A stretch of 64,000 bases of DNA from an uncultured Acidobacteriota bacterium (GCA_963791145.1 CAWBRT010000004.1:11217-75216), one strand, 5' to 3'. Positions 30,726 through 41,415 are shown, numbered from the stretch's first letter. Made by a program: numbers and translations. Notes: a model not told the origin generated them from the letters alone.

Positions 30726-31363
30726 CGATTACTGACATGTACCTAATCTGCTTCATCGTGGGCCTGCTGTTGAGTCTGATCTCCTTTATCTTTGGCACGC
30801 TGCATCTCCACGCACAACTTCCGCTCATCGGACATGCTCCCCACCTGCCTCATGTTGGCCATACGGGTCCGCAATCTCCGCATGGCAGTGGCGGGTCAGA
30901 GGTGCCGCTGTTCAACTTCGGGACGGTAACCGCTTTTCTTGCCTGGTTTGGAGGTGTCGGGTACCTGTTGACACGGCACACCAGCCTGTATGCAGTTACG
31001 GCCGTTGTGCTCTCGTCGCTGGCAGGCGTCGTTGGTGCGGCTTTTGTCTTCCTGTTCGTCGCCAAGGTGCTGATGAAGCATGAGAAGAACCTGGACCCGG
31101 CGGACTACTCAATGATCGGCGTTCTCGGATTAGTAGTTAGCCCCATTCGTCAGGGTGGCACAGGTGAGATTGTTTACTCGCAGGAGGGCGTGCGGTGCGT
31201 AACTGGCGCACGAAGTGATGCGGAAGCGACGATTTCGAGGGGCGTGGAGGTAGTGGTGACGCGGTACGAAAAGGGAATTGCCTACGTTCGGCCATGGGAG
31301 GAGCTTTCCGCTTCGGGGCAGGGCGCCTCGAAGAACGATTCGGTACAAGTAAGGAGCGACTAG
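30722..31363 (+). CDS. NfeD-like membrane protein (short YuaF type)
   Basis: N-terminal TM helices and a C-terminal OB-like soluble domain (GTGEIVYSQEGVRCVTGARSDAEATISRGVEVVVTRYEKGIAYVRP); sits before an SPFH gene as in yuaF-floT. Confidence 0.55.
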   Translation: MTITDMYLICFIVGLLLSLISFIFGTLHLHAQLPLIGHAPHLPHVGHTGPQSPHGSGGSEVPLFNFGTVTAFLAWFGGVGYLLTRHTSLYAVTAVVLSSLAGVVGAAFVFLFVAKVLMKHEKNLDPADYSMIGVLGLVVSPIRQGGTGEIVYSQEGVRCVTGARSDAEATISRGVEVVVTRYEKGIAYVRPWEELSASGQGASKNDSVQVRSD

Positions 31364-31381
31364 CTCGCATCAAGGAGGCAC

Positions 31382-32852
31382 ATGCCATTCCAGATTCCAA
31401 TCGATGTCTGGATCATAGCTGGACTTTTGGTACTGGTTGTTCTAGCTCTCTTCGGGGTATTTGCGAAGCTGTACCGGAAAGCCGGCCCGCACGAGGCGCT
31501 GGTCGTCTTCGGCTTCCGCGGCACACGAATTGTGAAGGGGCACGGCACAGTTATTGTTCCGATGATTGAAAACGCCCTTCAGCTTTCGCTTGAACTGATG
31601 TCGTTCGACGTGGCGCCAAAACAGGACCTCTACACCAAGCAGGGCGTTGCCGTCACTGTGGAAGCGGTCGCGCAGATAAAGGTGAAGTCCGACCCCGAAT
31701 CGATATTAACCGCAGCCGAGCAATTCCTGACAAAAGATTCCGACCAACGGGAAGGCCTTATCCGCCTGGTGATGGAAGGCCACTTGCGCGGCATCATCGG
31801 GCAGCTGACGGTCGAAGAGATAGTCAAGCAACCCGAAATGGTCTCCGACCGCATGCGGTCCACCTGTGCTGATGACATGAGCAAGATGGGCCTGGAGGTG
31901 ATCTCGTTCACCATCAAGGAAGTCCGCGACAAGAATGAGTACATCACGAACATGGGCCGTCCCGACATCGCACGCATCAAGCGCGATGCCGATGTGGCCG
32001 GCGCGGAAGCGGAGCGTGACACAGCCATCAAGCGTGCCAATGCTCAGCGTGAGTCTGCCGTCGCCAAGGCGCAGGCGGATCAGGAACGAGTGATGGCCGA
32101 GACTGCTCTCGCTAGCCAAACAGGCGAAGCGCAGCGCGATCTCGACGATCAAGAAGGCTCAATACCTCGAGAGATCACGCAAGCGCCAACAGGCGCAGGC
32201 CGACAAGGCTTACGAGATCGCAGACTAACGTCATGCAGCAGCAGGTGGTGGTTGAGGCAGGTGAAGGTGCAGCAGGTGGAGAAGGAGCAGCAGATCAAGG
32301 TGCAGGAGGCCGAGATCGCGCGCCGCGAAAAGGAACTGATCGCAACGGTGCTGAAGGAGGCGGAGATCGAGCGCCAGCGCATCGAGACCCTGGCGCAAGC
32401 CGAGAAGCAACGCTTGACGATGGAGGCCGAAGGTAAGGCCGCATCGATTCGCGACCAGGGCGAAGCCGAAGCCGAGATCATCTTCAAGAAAGGTGAGGCC
32501 GAAGCGAAGGCCATGAACGTGAAGGCGGAAGCTTTCCAGGAGTACAACCAGGCGGCGGTCATCGATAAGCTGCATCACCGGCATGCCGGAAGTGGCTGCG
32601 CGCCTTGGCGACACCGCTGAGTCAAGTGGATCAAGCATCACCATGGTTTCCACAGGAAATGGAGCATCGGCAGGAGTGAACAAGATCACCGGTGACATTG
32701 CGCAAATGGCTGCGCAGGTTCCTGCGCTGTTCGAGGCGCTTTCCGGCATGAGCGTGCAGGAAATGCTCTCGAAGGTACGACTAATCGGAGACAAGTCTCC
32801 AAAGCCGGGGCGGGGCGATGACACGCCCGCATCCGGCGATTCGAAGAGATAA
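31382..32852 (+). pseudogene. Flotillin (SPFH/band-7, FloT-like) gene with several frameshifts
   Basis: SPFH domain intact in 31382-32100; the EA-repeat region (VKVQQVEKEQQIKVQEAEIARREKEL...) and the C-terminal VSTGNGASAGVNKITGDIAQM segment are in other frames, with three frame changes within ~130 bp around 32120-32240 and one near 32575. Confidence 0.65.
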
Positions 32853-32955
32853 CAATCACCCCAACAGACGTAAAGTAGCGCCTGTCGGGGACCCGGCCGT
32901 CGGGCGCACTCCTCGTCGAGGTTTTTCGGGGAAAGGCGCAGTAGAAGGAGGTTCT

Positions 32956-33627
32956 ATGGCACTGCTGGAAAGAGTCGCAACCCTGATTCGCGCAAACCTG
33001 AATGATCTGGTGGATCGTGCGGAAAACCCAGAGAAGATGATCAAGCAGATTATCCTCGACATGCAAAATCAGTTTATACAGGTGAAAACACAGGTGGCGA
33101 TTGCACTGGCCGACCTGCACCTGCTGGAGAAGAAAAAGCAGGAGTACGAGGCCGGCAATCTGGAATGGATGCACAAGGCCGAGTTGGCGGTGGAAAAACA
33201 GAGAGATGATCTGGCGCGGGGGGCGCTAGAACGAGCAATGTCTTTGTCCCAACTGGCAAAGAGCTTTGACGAGCAAATTGGCGACCAGAGGACACAAGTC
33301 GATCTCTTGAAGAGTGCGCTCCGTGATCTCGACCGCAAGATTACCGAAGCGCAGGCGAAAAGCGACCTGCTGATCGCTCAGCATAGACGTTCACGGGCCG
33401 TGAGCCGCGCCGCTGATGCCAACTTCAAGGCCGCGAATAAAAGCAAGTCGGGAGCACTCGACCGCTTGAAGACGACTATTCAGCAGGAGGAGGCAATCGG
33501 CCAGGCGAAAGTCGAGCTTTCTGGCCAGGAGATCGAGGAGAAATTCGCATCCCTGGAAAGGGAAGAGGAGATCGAGCGGCTACTGCGGGAAATCAAGACG
33601 AAGGCTCGCAAGGGCCTTACGGCGTAG
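32956..33627 (+). CDS. pspA: PspA/IM30-family protein (phage-shock protein A / Vipp1-like)
   Basis: GAAGGAGG RBS; N-terminus MALLERVATLIRANLNDLVDRAENPEKMIKQIILDM is the PspA signature; coiled-coil remainder. Confidence 0.8.
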   Translation: MALLERVATLIRANLNDLVDRAENPEKMIKQIILDMQNQFIQVKTQVAIALADLHLLEKKKQEYEAGNLEWMHKAELAVEKQRDDLARGALERAMSLSQLAKSFDEQIGDQRTQVDLLKSALRDLDRKITEAQAKSDLLIAQHRRSRAVSRAADANFKAANKSKSGALDRLKTTIQQEEAIGQAKVELSGQEIEEKFASLEREEEIERLLREIKTKARKGLTA

Positions 33628-33870
33628 GCGGTGAGTCTCACTCTTGGTCGGTTATTAGGCTTTTCTTATCCCGGATTCGGAGCGAACGGAAGAGATAGAA
33701 TGGGCCACTCGCGAGTGTTCGAAGGCGCATGGTTTGGTTGCCTGTCACGTAGCAGCTTGGCTATGCAGTCAGGTGTCGGCTGGTGAAAGATGTTGAGCCG
33801 CATTAACCGGTTACGACTCAGTGGGGGCTTTTGTCGTTTGATCCCTCAGGCCGAACTTTGGCGAGAAGTT

Positions 33871-34150
33871 GTCCCGAAGTCGGATTCTGGGAAGTTAGAA
33901 GATCTGGTGGCAGTTGCTGTCAATTGTGGGCAAGTGGCGCCAATCCGGGAACTGATCGAGAGCCGCCCGGATCAGTACCGATAAACGCCCCTTGATCCAT
34001 CTATTCGCGGCGGCCCGCGCGGTTCTGGATTCGCGGATGCCTAACCGACTTTTCGGTACTGATCAGCTTGGTCCCGGACTATACCTGGATCGACGACCAT
34101 CCGTCCAGCACCGTCGTTCCTAACTTCCCAGAACGCGGTTTCGGTGTCCC
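33871..34150. mobile_element. MITE-like element: same arms as the REP-like family, but separated by ~220 bp of unrelated sequence
   Basis: Left arm gtcccgaagtcggattctgggaagttag (33871-33898) and right arm cctaacttcccagaacgcggtttcggtgtccc (34119-34150) form an imperfect inverted repeat. Confidence 0.45.
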
Positions 34151-34329
34151 TGGAGATCATCAGCTTCCGCGCGAAGGGAGTACTTCAACAATTACTTCCG
34201 AGTTGTCGACTACTCAGACATGATTATCGCGTTTGCGATGTCATCGGAACGATCCGATAATGACTATTCGCCTGAAGGTTAGCTGGTCGGCGAGCCGATT
34301 CAACGGCCGATGAGCACGCGATCAGGCCC

Positions 34330-35106
34330 TTGACTATGAAGAAGCTCCCACGAAAAGCTCGACGCACGGGAAAGCCAGATCTGGGTTCAGCCCACGCGGA
34401 CCGGCATCCGCCTCATTTCTCCCGAGAGATTTCCGTCCTTTACGACGATGATGCCGTGGTCGCTCTCAACAAACCGCCCGGACTCTTATCTGTACCCATC
34501 AAAGGCTCCAAGGCTCCGTCCGCTTTGTCTCTGCTTAATGCAGATCTCAAGCTGAAGAGAGAACGGGCATTGGTGGTGCATCGAATCGATCGGTTCGTCT
34601 CCGGCGTTCTGCTGTTTGCTAAGACCAAGCGGGATCGCGATGCGCTGGTAAAACAGTTTCTCGACCATACTCCAGCACGGCACTATCTCGCGGTAGTGCG
34701 CGGGCGACTCGACGCTCCAACGGGGACGCTCGTACATTATTTTCGACGTGCAGGAGTCTTTCAACAGTTGCGAACGGCGAGAGATCCTCAAGCTGCTCGT
34801 GCCGAACTTCGATATTCCGTCGAACGCCTTTATGCCGATACTTCGCTTGTTCGGATTGAGTTGGGGACGGGACTGCAGAATCAGATCCGAGCACAATTCT
34901 CGGCCATGGGGCACCCGGTCATTGGTGATAGAAAATACCATCCGACGGAATCGTCAGAGCCGCTCATTGCTCGCGTTGCTCTTCATGCTGCGCATCTTCA
35001 GTTTGTTCATCCACGTTCTGGAGAGAGTATCTCGATCGATTGCAAATTGCCCGCCGACTTTCGGTATCTGCTTCGAGAATTGTCCCAATCAAACCGTGCG
35101 CACTGA
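34330..35106 (+). CDS. RluA-family pseudouridine synthase
   Basis: HRIDRFVSGVLLFAK catalytic-Asp motif (HRLD-type). Confidence 0.8.
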   Translation: MTMKKLPRKARRTGKPDLGSAHADRHPPHFSREISVLYDDDAVVALNKPPGLLSVPIKGSKAPSALSLLNADLKLKRERALVVHRIDRFVSGVLLFAKTKRDRDALVKQFLDHTPARHYLAVVRGRLDAPTGTLVHYFRRAGVFQQLRTARDPQAARAELRYSVERLYADTSLVRIELGTGLQNQIRAQFSAMGHPVIGDRKYHPTESSEPLIARVALHAAHLQFVHPRSGESISIDCKLPADFRYLLRELSQSNRAH

Positions 35107-35180
35107 TAGCTCTCGTATCAGCGGGTGGCGAGATGAGAATCGTGCCCCCGTCACGGGCAATCGGGAGGCTGTTTCGGACC

Positions 35181-35233
35181 CTGAAGCCTGGTTCAGGAAA
35201 GTTAGACCCAATCTTCCCAGAACGCGGTTTCTG
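35181..35233. repeat. REP-like palindromic element, compact copy
   Basis: ctgaagcctggttcaggaaagttag-acccaat-cttcccagaacgcggtttctg. Confidence 0.5.
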
Positions 35234-35347
35234 CAGTTCGCCATCATGCAGCAGGCAGGACAGGTGGAGAGATCGTTGGGATTGGTCGCGATCGCCGGAA
35301 AACTTCCAACCGGCGCCGACGAACCGCGTCCAGCGCAGCGTACCTGG

Positions 35348-36631
35348 TCACTGTGGCGGCATGAGCGGTTGCGTCACGCCATCCACGCCAGCCAGGCCGG
35401 CAATGACCAGAAACGCCCTTTGTGGTCCGAGGTAGGCGTTCGTGGGATCAAACCACTCGGCGGGTGAATGGCCAAGTCCGTCCGTCCCGCCGCAGCAAAG
35501 GGTAACTGCGGGTACCCCGATGCTGATTGGCAGGTTGGCGTTGGTGCTGCTCGCCGGGGCCAGTCGCGGCTCTTGCCCTATCATCCGTGTAGCCACCCAC
35601 GCGGCTTGAACTGCGGTTGCGTCCGGTAACTGCCCGCCGGCAGGGCGATCACCGACCAATTTCGCTTCAACCGTGACTCTCAGGTCGCTATTCCAGCGAG
35701 CGTTCTCCTCCTCTACGGCTTTTTCTAAGAACGGTAACATCTCGCTTTCGATCTTCAGCAGTTGTTGCGGACTGTTGGAACGGATATCGAGCAGCATGGT
35801 GGCATCCGCCGCAATCGCATTGACCGACGTCCCGCCCTTTACAATGCCCACCGTAAACGTCGTCTTCGGGTCAATGGGGGGGCGCACGTCCGCGATCTTG
35901 GCGATAGCGCGACCCATTGCATGAATGGCGCTCGGAATGCCAAACGCGCTAAAGCTATGGCCGCCCGGTCCGCTGAAGTGTACCTCATAGCGGTGACTGC
36001 CAGTCGCGAGATATCTAATGGTCTGCACTCCCGTGCCGTCCAGGCTTAGCGATGCCGCAATGTCCTTATGATCCCGAAAGAACGCCTTCATTCCCCGCAG
36101 ATCCCCCAACCCTTCTTCTCCGACTGTTCCGCAGAAGATAACGTCGCCAACCGTCCGGATGCCCGTAGCCTTGAACGCCCTGATGACCGAGAGCATCTCA
36201 GCCAACCCCCGCGAATTATCGGCGATTCCGGGGGCAAAGACCTTGCCGTCCTTCTCAACCGGGTTGGTGTTGGTGCCTTCGGGGAAGACCGTATCCAGAT
36301 GGGCTTCGACGAAGATCTTCGGGCCTTTTCCCGTTCCTGGAAGGAGGCCATACGCATTTCCTTCGCTGTCCACGCGGACATCTTTCAGGCCTAGCGCCAG
36401 CAATCGCTTCATATAATCCGCAGCGCGAGCGCCCTCCTTGAATGGCGGAGCCGGGATTGCGGCAATTTCTTTCTGCTCTGCCAGCGTCTTCGCATCGTCG
36501 TTCTTAAGAAACTCCAATCCTTGCTTGACCAGGGTGTTTGCCTGGAGCGCGGAAAACACGCTTTCAGTTTCGGCAGATATTGCCGGAGTGATTGTGTCGA
36601 GCGTCGAGCGGCCCACAACTGGGTCCTTCAT
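35348..36631 (-). CDS. M20-family metallopeptidase (peptidase T / deacylase-like)
   Basis: GGAGAGGA RBS before the ATG at 36631; metal-ligand motifs HLDTV, GIADNSRG, GEEG. Confidence 0.75.
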   Translation of the reverse strand: MKDPVVGRSTLDTITPAISAETESVFSALQANTLVKQGLEFLKNDDAKTLAEQKEIAAIPAPPFKEGARAADYMKRLLALGLKDVRVDSEGNAYGLLPGTGKGPKIFVEAHLDTVFPEGTNTNPVEKDGKVFAPGIADNSRGLAEMLSVIRAFKATGIRTVGDVIFCGTVGEEGLGDLRGMKAFFRDHKDIAASLSLDGTGVQTIRYLATGSHRYEVHFSGPGGHSFSAFGIPSAIHAMGRAIAKIADVRPPIDPKTTFTVGIVKGGTSVNAIAADATMLLDIRSNSPQQLLKIESEMLPFLEKAVEEENARWNSDLRVTVEAKLVGDRPAGGQLPDATAVQAAWVATRMIGQEPRLAPASSTNANLPISIGVPAVTLCCGGTDGLGHSPAEWFDPTNAYLGPQRAFLVIAGLAGVDGVTQPLMPPQ

Positions 36632-36733
36632 GGGAATCCTCTCCAGATCTGAATGAGAGCGTCCTTCATAGATTGGCTCCCACAATGCGTAACCGAGTGA
36701 ACCAGCGGAGTCGACAGGTTTTTCAGCAGCCTG

Positions 36734-37984
36734 TTAGAACAGCATGAACATGGCGACAATGACGGCGATGATCATGCCGGGAGCATTGCGTTTGGCTACC
36801 TCCATCGGGCTGATCCCGGCAATGGACGCGCAAATGATCGCCGATCCGGAGACAGGCGACATGGTTCGTCCAAGAGCGCCGCTCAGGGTGGCGAGGCTAC
36901 CCATGTTCACTATGCTGGTGCCGAACTGAGGGGCATGGGGCGATACCGCCTGATTGAACGCGAGGGCGCTGGCATCGCCTGAACCGGCGACAACCGAAAG
37001 CACAAAGGGACCGAAGCCGGCGGCGAGCTTTGCCATGGGGCCGGAATTGATCAGTAGATTGGTGAACGCCTTTACCAGGCCGATGGCTTCCATGCCGCCG
37101 ACGAAAACCCCGGCGGCGATAATGATTCCGATAATGCTGCCATAAGAGGAACCCATGCCCTCGAAGAAAATCTTGGTTACCTGGGTGGGGCTCTTGCGGG
37201 TGGCGGCAAGACCAATGAGCGCTCCGATCAGCATTGCGGGAGGCACGCCGATCTTCAGCGGGATTACACCAGTTGCCCCTGATAGCAGAATCAGCACCGG
37301 CAAAGCAGGTATGACAGCATAAAGCACGTTGGGTTTGAAACGCTCTCCGCCGGCGGCGGCACCGGGCTCAGCCACATACCCTTTGTTTTCTTTCAGCAGA
37401 TAAGCCATAACCGTTACGGACGTGGCCCCGATCAAGACAGCGACCATATCGGCCTTGGCGTGTACCCTGATGACGTCCATTACAGGTATTCCGGCGATGT
37501 TGGCCACAAACGGATTGTGCGCCAAGCCGGGGCTCAGCATGCTGCCGAACGTGCCGCAATAAACGGCGGCAGCCGCGGTCGCCGGATTAACGCCGGCGGC
37601 TATGAGGATCGGGATGAAGATCGTTCCTACCGCCGCGGAAACGCCGGCGGCGCTGGGCAAAGCGATATTAATGGCAAAGGTGCCCAGGGTTGCGCCGGGA
37701 ATCAGCAGCAGTCTCACTTTCCTCAGGCCATTGCCCACCAGATGAATTAGATGCTTGTCGCATCCGGTGTAATTCATGACCAACGCAAAGCCCATCACCG
37801 AGCAGATAGCCTGAATCAGGCCGGTGATAACCATGCTTTTGCTGAAAGCGTTAAGAGCGGCAAGAGGATTGCGTGCCAAGGTCGCCATCACGAGTCCGGC
37901 AGTGAACAAAACCATTCTCGTTTCGTAACGTTTGACCAGCAGGTAGATAGCGGCAAGCACGACGACAATACCGAGGAGAACCAT
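36734..37984 (-). CDS. Polytopic membrane transporter, DcuC-like anaerobic C4-dicarboxylate carrier family
   Basis: ~12 predicted TM segments, Gly/Ala-rich; GGAG RBS before the internal Met. Confidence 0.5.
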   Translation of the reverse strand: MVLLGIVVVLAAIYLLVKRYETRMVLFTAGLVMATLARNPLAALNAFSKSMVITGLIQAICSVMGFALVMNYTGCDKHLIHLVGNGLRKVRLLLIPGATLGTFAINIALPSAAGVSAAVGTIFIPILIAAGVNPATAAAAVYCGTFGSMLSPGLAHNPFVANIAGIPVMDVIRVHAKADMVAVLIGATSVTVMAYLLKENKGYVAEPGAAAGGERFKPNVLYAVIPALPVLILLSGATGVIPLKIGVPPAMLIGALIGLAATRKSPTQVTKIFFEGMGSSYGSIIGIIIAAGVFVGGMEAIGLVKAFTNLLINSGPMAKLAAGFGPFVLSVVAGSGDASALAFNQAVSPHAPQFGTSIVNMGSLATLSGALGRTMSPVSGSAIICASIAGISPMEVAKRNAPGMIIAVIVAMFMLF

Positions 37985-38470
37985 GCGCAATATCTCCGTC
38001 AAGACAGCGCCTCTCCACAAGTCTGTGCTGTAGGGCGTGACACTCCACCCACTCACGGCAGCGGCCAGAGCGGATTGGGTCCGCTTGCATATCAACGGGT
38101 AAGGCGCTTGGAACGCAATGATTACATGAATGGGTCTTGAGTAAAAGGAAGAATTGTTCCCGAATCGCGCCCCGGGCTTGATTACCTGTATTGAACACGC
38201 CCGATTCCGCGCATTCGACTACGATGCGCTTCCACGCCAAGCCCCGCCGCCCCGCCAGGCCTGTTCCCGGGCGGGTCGGGCCGTTGTTTGCGCAGAAACT
38301 GCGCGGGGATCAGAACGTAGTTTCGACAGAAGAGGCCTGCTTGATTGGCGCGAACTACAGGTATGATAAGTGGGAGTTTCCCAACACTGAAGGAATCACC
38401 GATACTCTAACTTCAGAGATGTGAGCCGCATTCTTTTTGGCGATTCAAGCTTCACGATTAAGGTCGGGAC

Positions 38471-40819
38471 ATGGTTGATACATCGCGTCGGAGCTTTTTC
38501 GAACGCGTTGGCTTGCGGGCACTTCCGTTTTTCGGCAAGGAATTCGCGACGTCGACCGCGGCACCGGCCAATGGGGAGGTGGCAGACTCGCCGGAACGCG
38601 TGGTGCGGACCTGCTCGACATTCGATTGCGGTGGCAACTGTGCCATTAAAGCGCACATCAAGGACGGCGTTCTAACGCGGATCAGCACCCGCCGCGACGA
38701 CGAAGTGGACGAGGACATGCCAGTCATGCGCGCCTGCGTGCGCGGCCGCGGCTATCGGCGATTCCTCTACAATCCGGATCGCCTCAAGTATCCGATGAAG
38801 CGGGTGGGCAGGCGCGGCGAAGGCAAGTTCGAGCGCATCTCGTGGGACGAAGCGACGGACATCATCGCCCGTGAATGGAAGCGCATCGGCGACAAGTACG
38901 GCCCAGCCTCACGCTTCTGCACCGTCAACACCGCCGAGAACGGCGGCGCCTATTCGGGCGTAATGATGACGAAACGCCTGCTCAACCTCACAGGAGGCCA
39001 TCTCGAACGCTACCACTCCGTCAGCCAAGGCAATTCGCTCGCCGCAACGCCCTACACCTACGGTGTCGCTGCCACGGGTAACAGCCTTGACACGCTGCTG
39101 GACACCAAGCTCGTCATCCTCTGGGGCCACAATCCGGTCGAGACGATCTTCGGTCACACGAACCACTATTTGCAGGAGATGAAGCGGCGCGGCATCAAGT
39201 TTATCGTCGTCGATCCGCGCTATTCGGATACGGTTGCCTCCTATGCCGACCAGTGGGTGCCGCTCCTGCCCACTACCGACAACGCCCTGATGGACGCGAT
39301 GGCGCACGTAATCGTCTCCGAGAACCTGCACGACAAGGCTTTCGTCGATACCTATTGCCTCGGGTTCGACGAGGACCACATGCCCGACGGTGTCCCGGCG
39401 GGCGAGTCGGTTGTCTCCTACCTGATGGGCAAAAAGGACGGCACGCCCAAGACGCCCGAGTGGGCGGAACGGATCTGCCGGGTTCCCGCCAACACCATCC
39501 GCCAGCTTGCCCGCGACTACGCTTCGGCCAAACCGGCCGCTCTCATGCAGGGCTGGGGTCCGCAGCGGCACGGCTGCGGCGAGCGTGCTGCCCGCGGTGC
39601 GACGCTGCTGGCGGCCATCACCGGCAACGTCGGCAAGCGCGGGGGCTGGGCATCCGGCCACGGCGGCTGCGCCCTCCGCAAGTTCACGGTCGAACCCGAC
39701 GTCGTTACCAATCCGGTCAAGGCATCCATCTCGATCATGAACTGGATGCAGGCGATCGAAGACGCGAGCAAGATCACGCCGGCGATAGGGCTGAAGGGCG
39801 CGCAGCAGCTCGACACCAATATCAAGATGATCTTCTCTGTGTCCGGGAACTACCTGGTTAATCAGAACCCCGACGTCAACGCCGCAGCCAGGCTTCTTGC
39901 TGACGAGAGCAAAGTCGAGTTCATTCTGTGCGCCGATCTCTACTTGACCCCGAGCGCCAAGTATGCCGATGTCCTCTTACCTGCCACCTCTTTTCTGGAA
40001 CAATGGAATCTGGGGATGGCTTGGATCATCGGAAATTATCTGACGCTCTCGGAAAAGCTGATCGAACCCCTCCATGAATGCCGCAACGCCTACGACTGGC
40101 TCACCGACGTCGCCCGCAAGCTCGGCGTCGAACAGCAGTTCACGCTTGGCCGCACGCAAAAGCAGTGGGTCGAGGCGATCGTGGCCGAGACGCGCGAGAA
40201 AATGCCCGACGAAGACATCCCGACCTTCGACGAATTCCTGACCAAGCGGGTGCACTACTTCAAGAACTCCACCAACTACATCGCCTTTCAGAAGCAGATC
40301 GAAGATCCGGCTCATCACAAGTTCCCGACGCCCTCCGGCAAGATCGAGCTGTTCTCGAAGCGGCTGTACGACATGAACGATCCCGAGATTCCGGCAATCC
40401 CCCACTATGTCGCCTCGTGGGAGGGACCGGAGGATCCGCTTACCAAGGCCTATCCGTTGCAGCTCATCACCTGGAAGGGACGAAACCGCGCCAACTCGAG
40501 CTTCCAGCTCAATCCCTGGGAGCAGGCGGTGCAGCCGCAGCAACTGTGGATTAATCCCCTCGATGCCGGCCGGCGCGGTTTGAAGAAGGGCGATCTCGTC
40601 CGCGTCTTCAACGGCCGCGGCGAGATGGAGATCGGTATTAATATCACACCACGCATCGTTCCTGGCGTCGTCGCGCTGCAGTCGGGCGCGTGGTGGCGTC
40701 CCGACAAGCACGGAATCGACCGCGGCGGATGCGCCAATGTCCTCACGTCGACACGCATGACGCCCCTGGCGCACGGAAACTCGCACCAGACCGTGCTGGT
40801 CGAGGTGAGGAAGGCCTGA
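38471..40819 (+). CDS. Molybdopterin oxidoreductase catalytic subunit (DMSO-reductase family, DmsA-like) with Tat signal
   Basis: N-terminal RRSFFERVGL Tat motif, Cys cluster (CSTFDCGGNC), and an MGD-family C-terminal domain. Confidence 0.85.
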   Translation: MVDTSRRSFFERVGLRALPFFGKEFATSTAAPANGEVADSPERVVRTCSTFDCGGNCAIKAHIKDGVLTRISTRRDDEVDEDMPVMRACVRGRGYRRFLYNPDRLKYPMKRVGRRGEGKFERISWDEATDIIAREWKRIGDKYGPASRFCTVNTAENGGAYSGVMMTKRLLNLTGGHLERYHSVSQGNSLAATPYTYGVAATGNSLDTLLDTKLVILWGHNPVETIFGHTNHYLQEMKRRGIKFIVVDPRYSDTVASYADQWVPLLPTTDNALMDAMAHVIVSENLHDKAFVDTYCLGFDEDHMPDGVPAGESVVSYLMGKKDGTPKTPEWAERICRVPANTIRQLARDYASAKPAALMQGWGPQRHGCGERAARGATLLAAITGNVGKRGGWASGHGGCALRKFTVEPDVVTNPVKASISIMNWMQAIEDASKITPAIGLKGAQQLDTNIKMIFSVSGNYLVNQNPDVNAAARLLADESKVEFILCADLYLTPSAKYADVLLPATSFLEQWNLGMAWIIGNYLTLSEKLIEPLHECRNAYDWLTDVARKLGVEQQFTLGRTQKQWVEAIVAETREKMPDEDIPTFDEFLTKRVHYFKNSTNYIAFQKQIEDPAHHKFPTPSGKIELFSKRLYDMNDPEIPAIPHYVASWEGPEDPLTKAYPLQLITWKGRNRANSSFQLNPWEQAVQPQQLWINPLDAGRRGLKKGDLVRVFNGRGEMEIGINITPRIVPGVVALQSGAWWRPDKHGIDRGGCANVLTSTRMTPLAHGNSHQTVLVEVRKA

Positions 40820-40829
40820 GGGTGGCGAC

Positions 40830-41402
40830 ATGGCAAGACAGCTTGGTTTTTACATCGAATCGAACATCTGCAGCGGCTGCAGCGCCTGCCAGGTCGCCTG
40901 CAAGGATAAGAACACCCTCGACGACGGTCGCGCCTTCCGCCGCGTCTTCGAGGTGAGCGGTGGCGGCTTCGCCAAATCGGGCGAGGGCTACGTCAACAAC
41001 GTGTTTGCCTACACCCTATCGATCTCGTGCAACCACTGCACGGATGCGATTTGCGTGCGCAATTGCCCGACCACCGCGATGACGAAACGCGCCGAGGACG
41101 GCGGCGTTTTCGTCGACACCAACAAGTGCGTCGGCTGCGGCTACTGTGCCTGGTCGTGTCCGTACGGCGCCCCGCAGATGAATACGGTCACCGGGCTGAT
41201 GTCGAAATGCGACTTCTGCGTCGAACTTCTCGCGAAGGGCGAGGATCCGGTCTGCGTTGCGACTTGTCCTCTCCACGCCATCAAGTACGGCGACATCGAG
41301 GAGCTTCGCGCCAGGTACGGAACGCTCGCCGATGCGCGCGGGCTGCCGTCCTCGACTATCACCAAGCCGAACCTGGTCATCAGACCCCATCTGGGCGCTT
41401 GA
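40830..41402 (+). CDS. 4Fe-4S ferredoxin subunit (DmsB-like)
   Basis: Four Cys clusters (CSGCSACQVAC, CNHCTDAICVRNC, CVGCGYCAWSC, CDFC...C). Confidence 0.85.
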   Translation: MARQLGFYIESNICSGCSACQVACKDKNTLDDGRAFRRVFEVSGGGFAKSGEGYVNNVFAYTLSISCNHCTDAICVRNCPTTAMTKRAEDGGVFVDTNKCVGCGYCAWSCPYGAPQMNTVTGLMSKCDFCVELLAKGEDPVCVATCPLHAIKYGDIEELRARYGTLADARGLPSSTITKPNLVIRPHLGA

Positions 41403-41415
41403 GGAGGCGACCGAC

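Noticed and set aside
32818-32955. PspA start at 32818
   Set aside because: The upstream extension overlaps the flotillin C-terminus. The ATG at 32956 has a GAAGGAGG RBS and yields the conserved MALLERV PspA start.
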